Positions 62,275 through 64,000 of a DNA stretch of 64,000 bases are shown here, piece by piece; position 1 is the stretch's first letter; the number at the start of each line of letters is the position of its first letter. Made by a program: the position numbers and the translations under genes. This DNA is from Leucoraja erinacea (taxonomy: Eukaryota), in NCBI RefSeq assembly GCF_028641065.1, contig NC_073408.1:11160001-11224000 (forward strand), read 5' to 3'. The notes below the pieces were generated by a model, which searched no databases, was not told the origin of the DNA, and saw nothing but the letters and a program-made list of their open reading frames with translations.

Positions 62275-62870
62275 TGTACACAAAAGCAGGGATGTAATGC
62301 TGAGGCTCTATAAGGCACAGGTAAGGGTGCATTTGGAATATTGTGAGCAATTTTGGGCACCAGATCTGAGGAAGGATGTGCTGGCTCTGGAGAGGGTCCA
62401 GAGGAGGTTTACAACAATGATCCCAGGAATTAGTAGGTTAACCTATGATGAGCATTTTGCAGCACAGAGCTGTACTCGCTGGAGTTTAGAAGAATGAGGG
62501 GGACCTCGTTGAAACATGCAGAATAGTGAAAGGCTTGGATAGAGTGGATGTGGAGAGGATGTTTCCACGTGGGAGTATCTAGGACTAGCAGTCATAAGCC
62601 TTAGAATTAAAGGATATTCTTTTAGGAAGGAGATGAGGAGAAATATATTTCGTCAGAGCGTGGTGAATCTGTGGAATTCTTTGCCACAGATGGCTGTAGA
62701 GGCCAAGTCAGTGGATATTTTTAAGGCAGAGACATATCGATTCTTGATTAGTATGAGTGTCAGAGGTTATGGGGAGAAGGCCTGGAAATGGGGTTAGGAG
62801 GGAGAGATAGATCAGCCATGATTGAATGGCAGAATAGACTTGATGGGCCAAATGGACTAATTCTACTGCC
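62275..62870 (+). mobile_element. CR1 LINE 3' fragment
   Basis: HLEYCEQFWAP..LERVQRRFT and RVVNLWNSLP motifs. Confidence 0.88.
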
Positions 62871-63545
62871 ATCACTTGTGACCTAATGACAACAATTTCT
62901 AGTCAACACCAAAGTAAAACCTCCATTGAATCTACTATTGTTATGTATAAGGTCGTACACTATTCACTCCCTTGCTTTAGGAACCCTCCTACATTCATTG
63001 CAGGCTGCGATTACATTTTTGTTAGAAATGCTGCCTTTGCAGTTTCCCTGCACATTATTTATTGGAGTCTTCACGTTTGTCATGTTTAATGGGCGTTTAA
63101 AAGCTCAATGTGCAGTTTTCACGTTGACCCCAGGGCCAGGGCGTCATGTTTTGTCTTCAAACTTTATCCAAGATAAACAACCAAGGAAAGTTTCTCCCAT
63201 TCCACCAAAGTGGTAAAAAAACATGATTACTTCGTCATTGAAAACTGCTTCTGTAATCGTGGCATTTCTTTGATATCTCACTAAAAGTTGTTCCTCCTCT
63301 CGGATATATTTATCTAACTGTTTTAAATGAAGTATTAGCTGCTCTCCCGAGGAGACCCAGTGCACACATTTTTCTTTTCTTTTGTGATTCAGTTACAGAA
63401 ACATACTTCGATCAGGCCCACCCAAATATTCACTACTCCGAAAATAGAAATGAAAAACATGTTATCAATTTTCAACAGGGGAAATTAAGCCCTTGTTTGA
63501 ACGAGGGAAGACTTGATATGGCGGTAGAAACTCAGTGCAGTGTAT

Positions 63546-64000
63546 AGGGTGATTTCACCAAAGGTCAAATGAGCGTAGATCCCCCCTCACGTGACCGAAA
63601 ATTTTAACTGGAGGACATCTCTCAGTTTGGTACATGTAAGTGAATAGGGAAACACGCACTTTCCCACCCGTTAAAAACATGGAAAATGGCCGATTTTTGA
63701 GCTGAAATTTTCTGTGCTAGTCGGGGTGACCGTGAAGCACAGCGACCTAAATTTTCAGGCAAAAAAAAAGATAGAAAGTAAGGTAATTATAAGAGGGAAC
63801 TGAAGGTAGAAAGCGGCGGAAGTGAACAGCTGACATTTGCCGTGGTGATTTTAAGATCCAAAATATCGGGAATTATCGCGTTTGCTCGCTGAATTTCATC
63901 AAAAGTAAGGCATTATTAACTTAGTTTTGATGAAATTCAGCGAGCAAACGCGATAATTCCCGATATTTTGGATCTTAAAATCTCCACGGCAAATGTCTGC
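63546..64000. mobile_element. large fold-back non-autonomous DNA element, cut off by the window end
   Basis: 63829-63909 is a near-perfect reverse complement of 63920-64000; CpG-rich, so probably young. The left boundary is approximate. Confidence 0.7.

Noticed and set aside
63144-63365. ORF on - strand as a possible exon of the next gene (JAML or SCN2B)
   Set aside because: No Ig motifs, no convincing splice sites, and the wrong strand for the syntenic expectation.

Overview
Vertebrate genomic DNA. The repeat content (tRNA-derived HE1/V-SINE-like elements, CR1, Rex1/Babar, Penelope, DIRS) points to a cartilaginous fish, probably a skate or ray; the species is inferred, not verified. Three spliced Ig-superfamily genes can be assembled by hand from GT-AG junctions. 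CD3E lies on the - strand (ATG 12114; exons at 12114-12051, 9788-9768, 9650-9432, 7662-7534, 6481-6405, plus a corrupted last exon at 4010-3934). MPZL2 (+, 20315-35764, 222 aa) and MPZL3 (+, 44742-57812, 246 aa) follow. This matches the CD3E/MPZL2/MPZL3 order and orientation at human 11q23.3. The rest is mostly transposon debris. Main points of interest: (1) many Penelope-derived short repeats carry a minimal hammerhead-ribozyme-like core, and one fold-back copy is centred exactly on the AACGTT palindrome of that motif; (2) the last CD3E exon, with the second ITAM half, appears interleaved with DIRS retrotransposon sequence, probably an assembly consensus artefact; (3) the CD3E tail lacks the mammalian PxxDY motif. 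I found no convincing wholly new protein-coding system, and most ORFs in the supplied track are repeat-derived or spurious.
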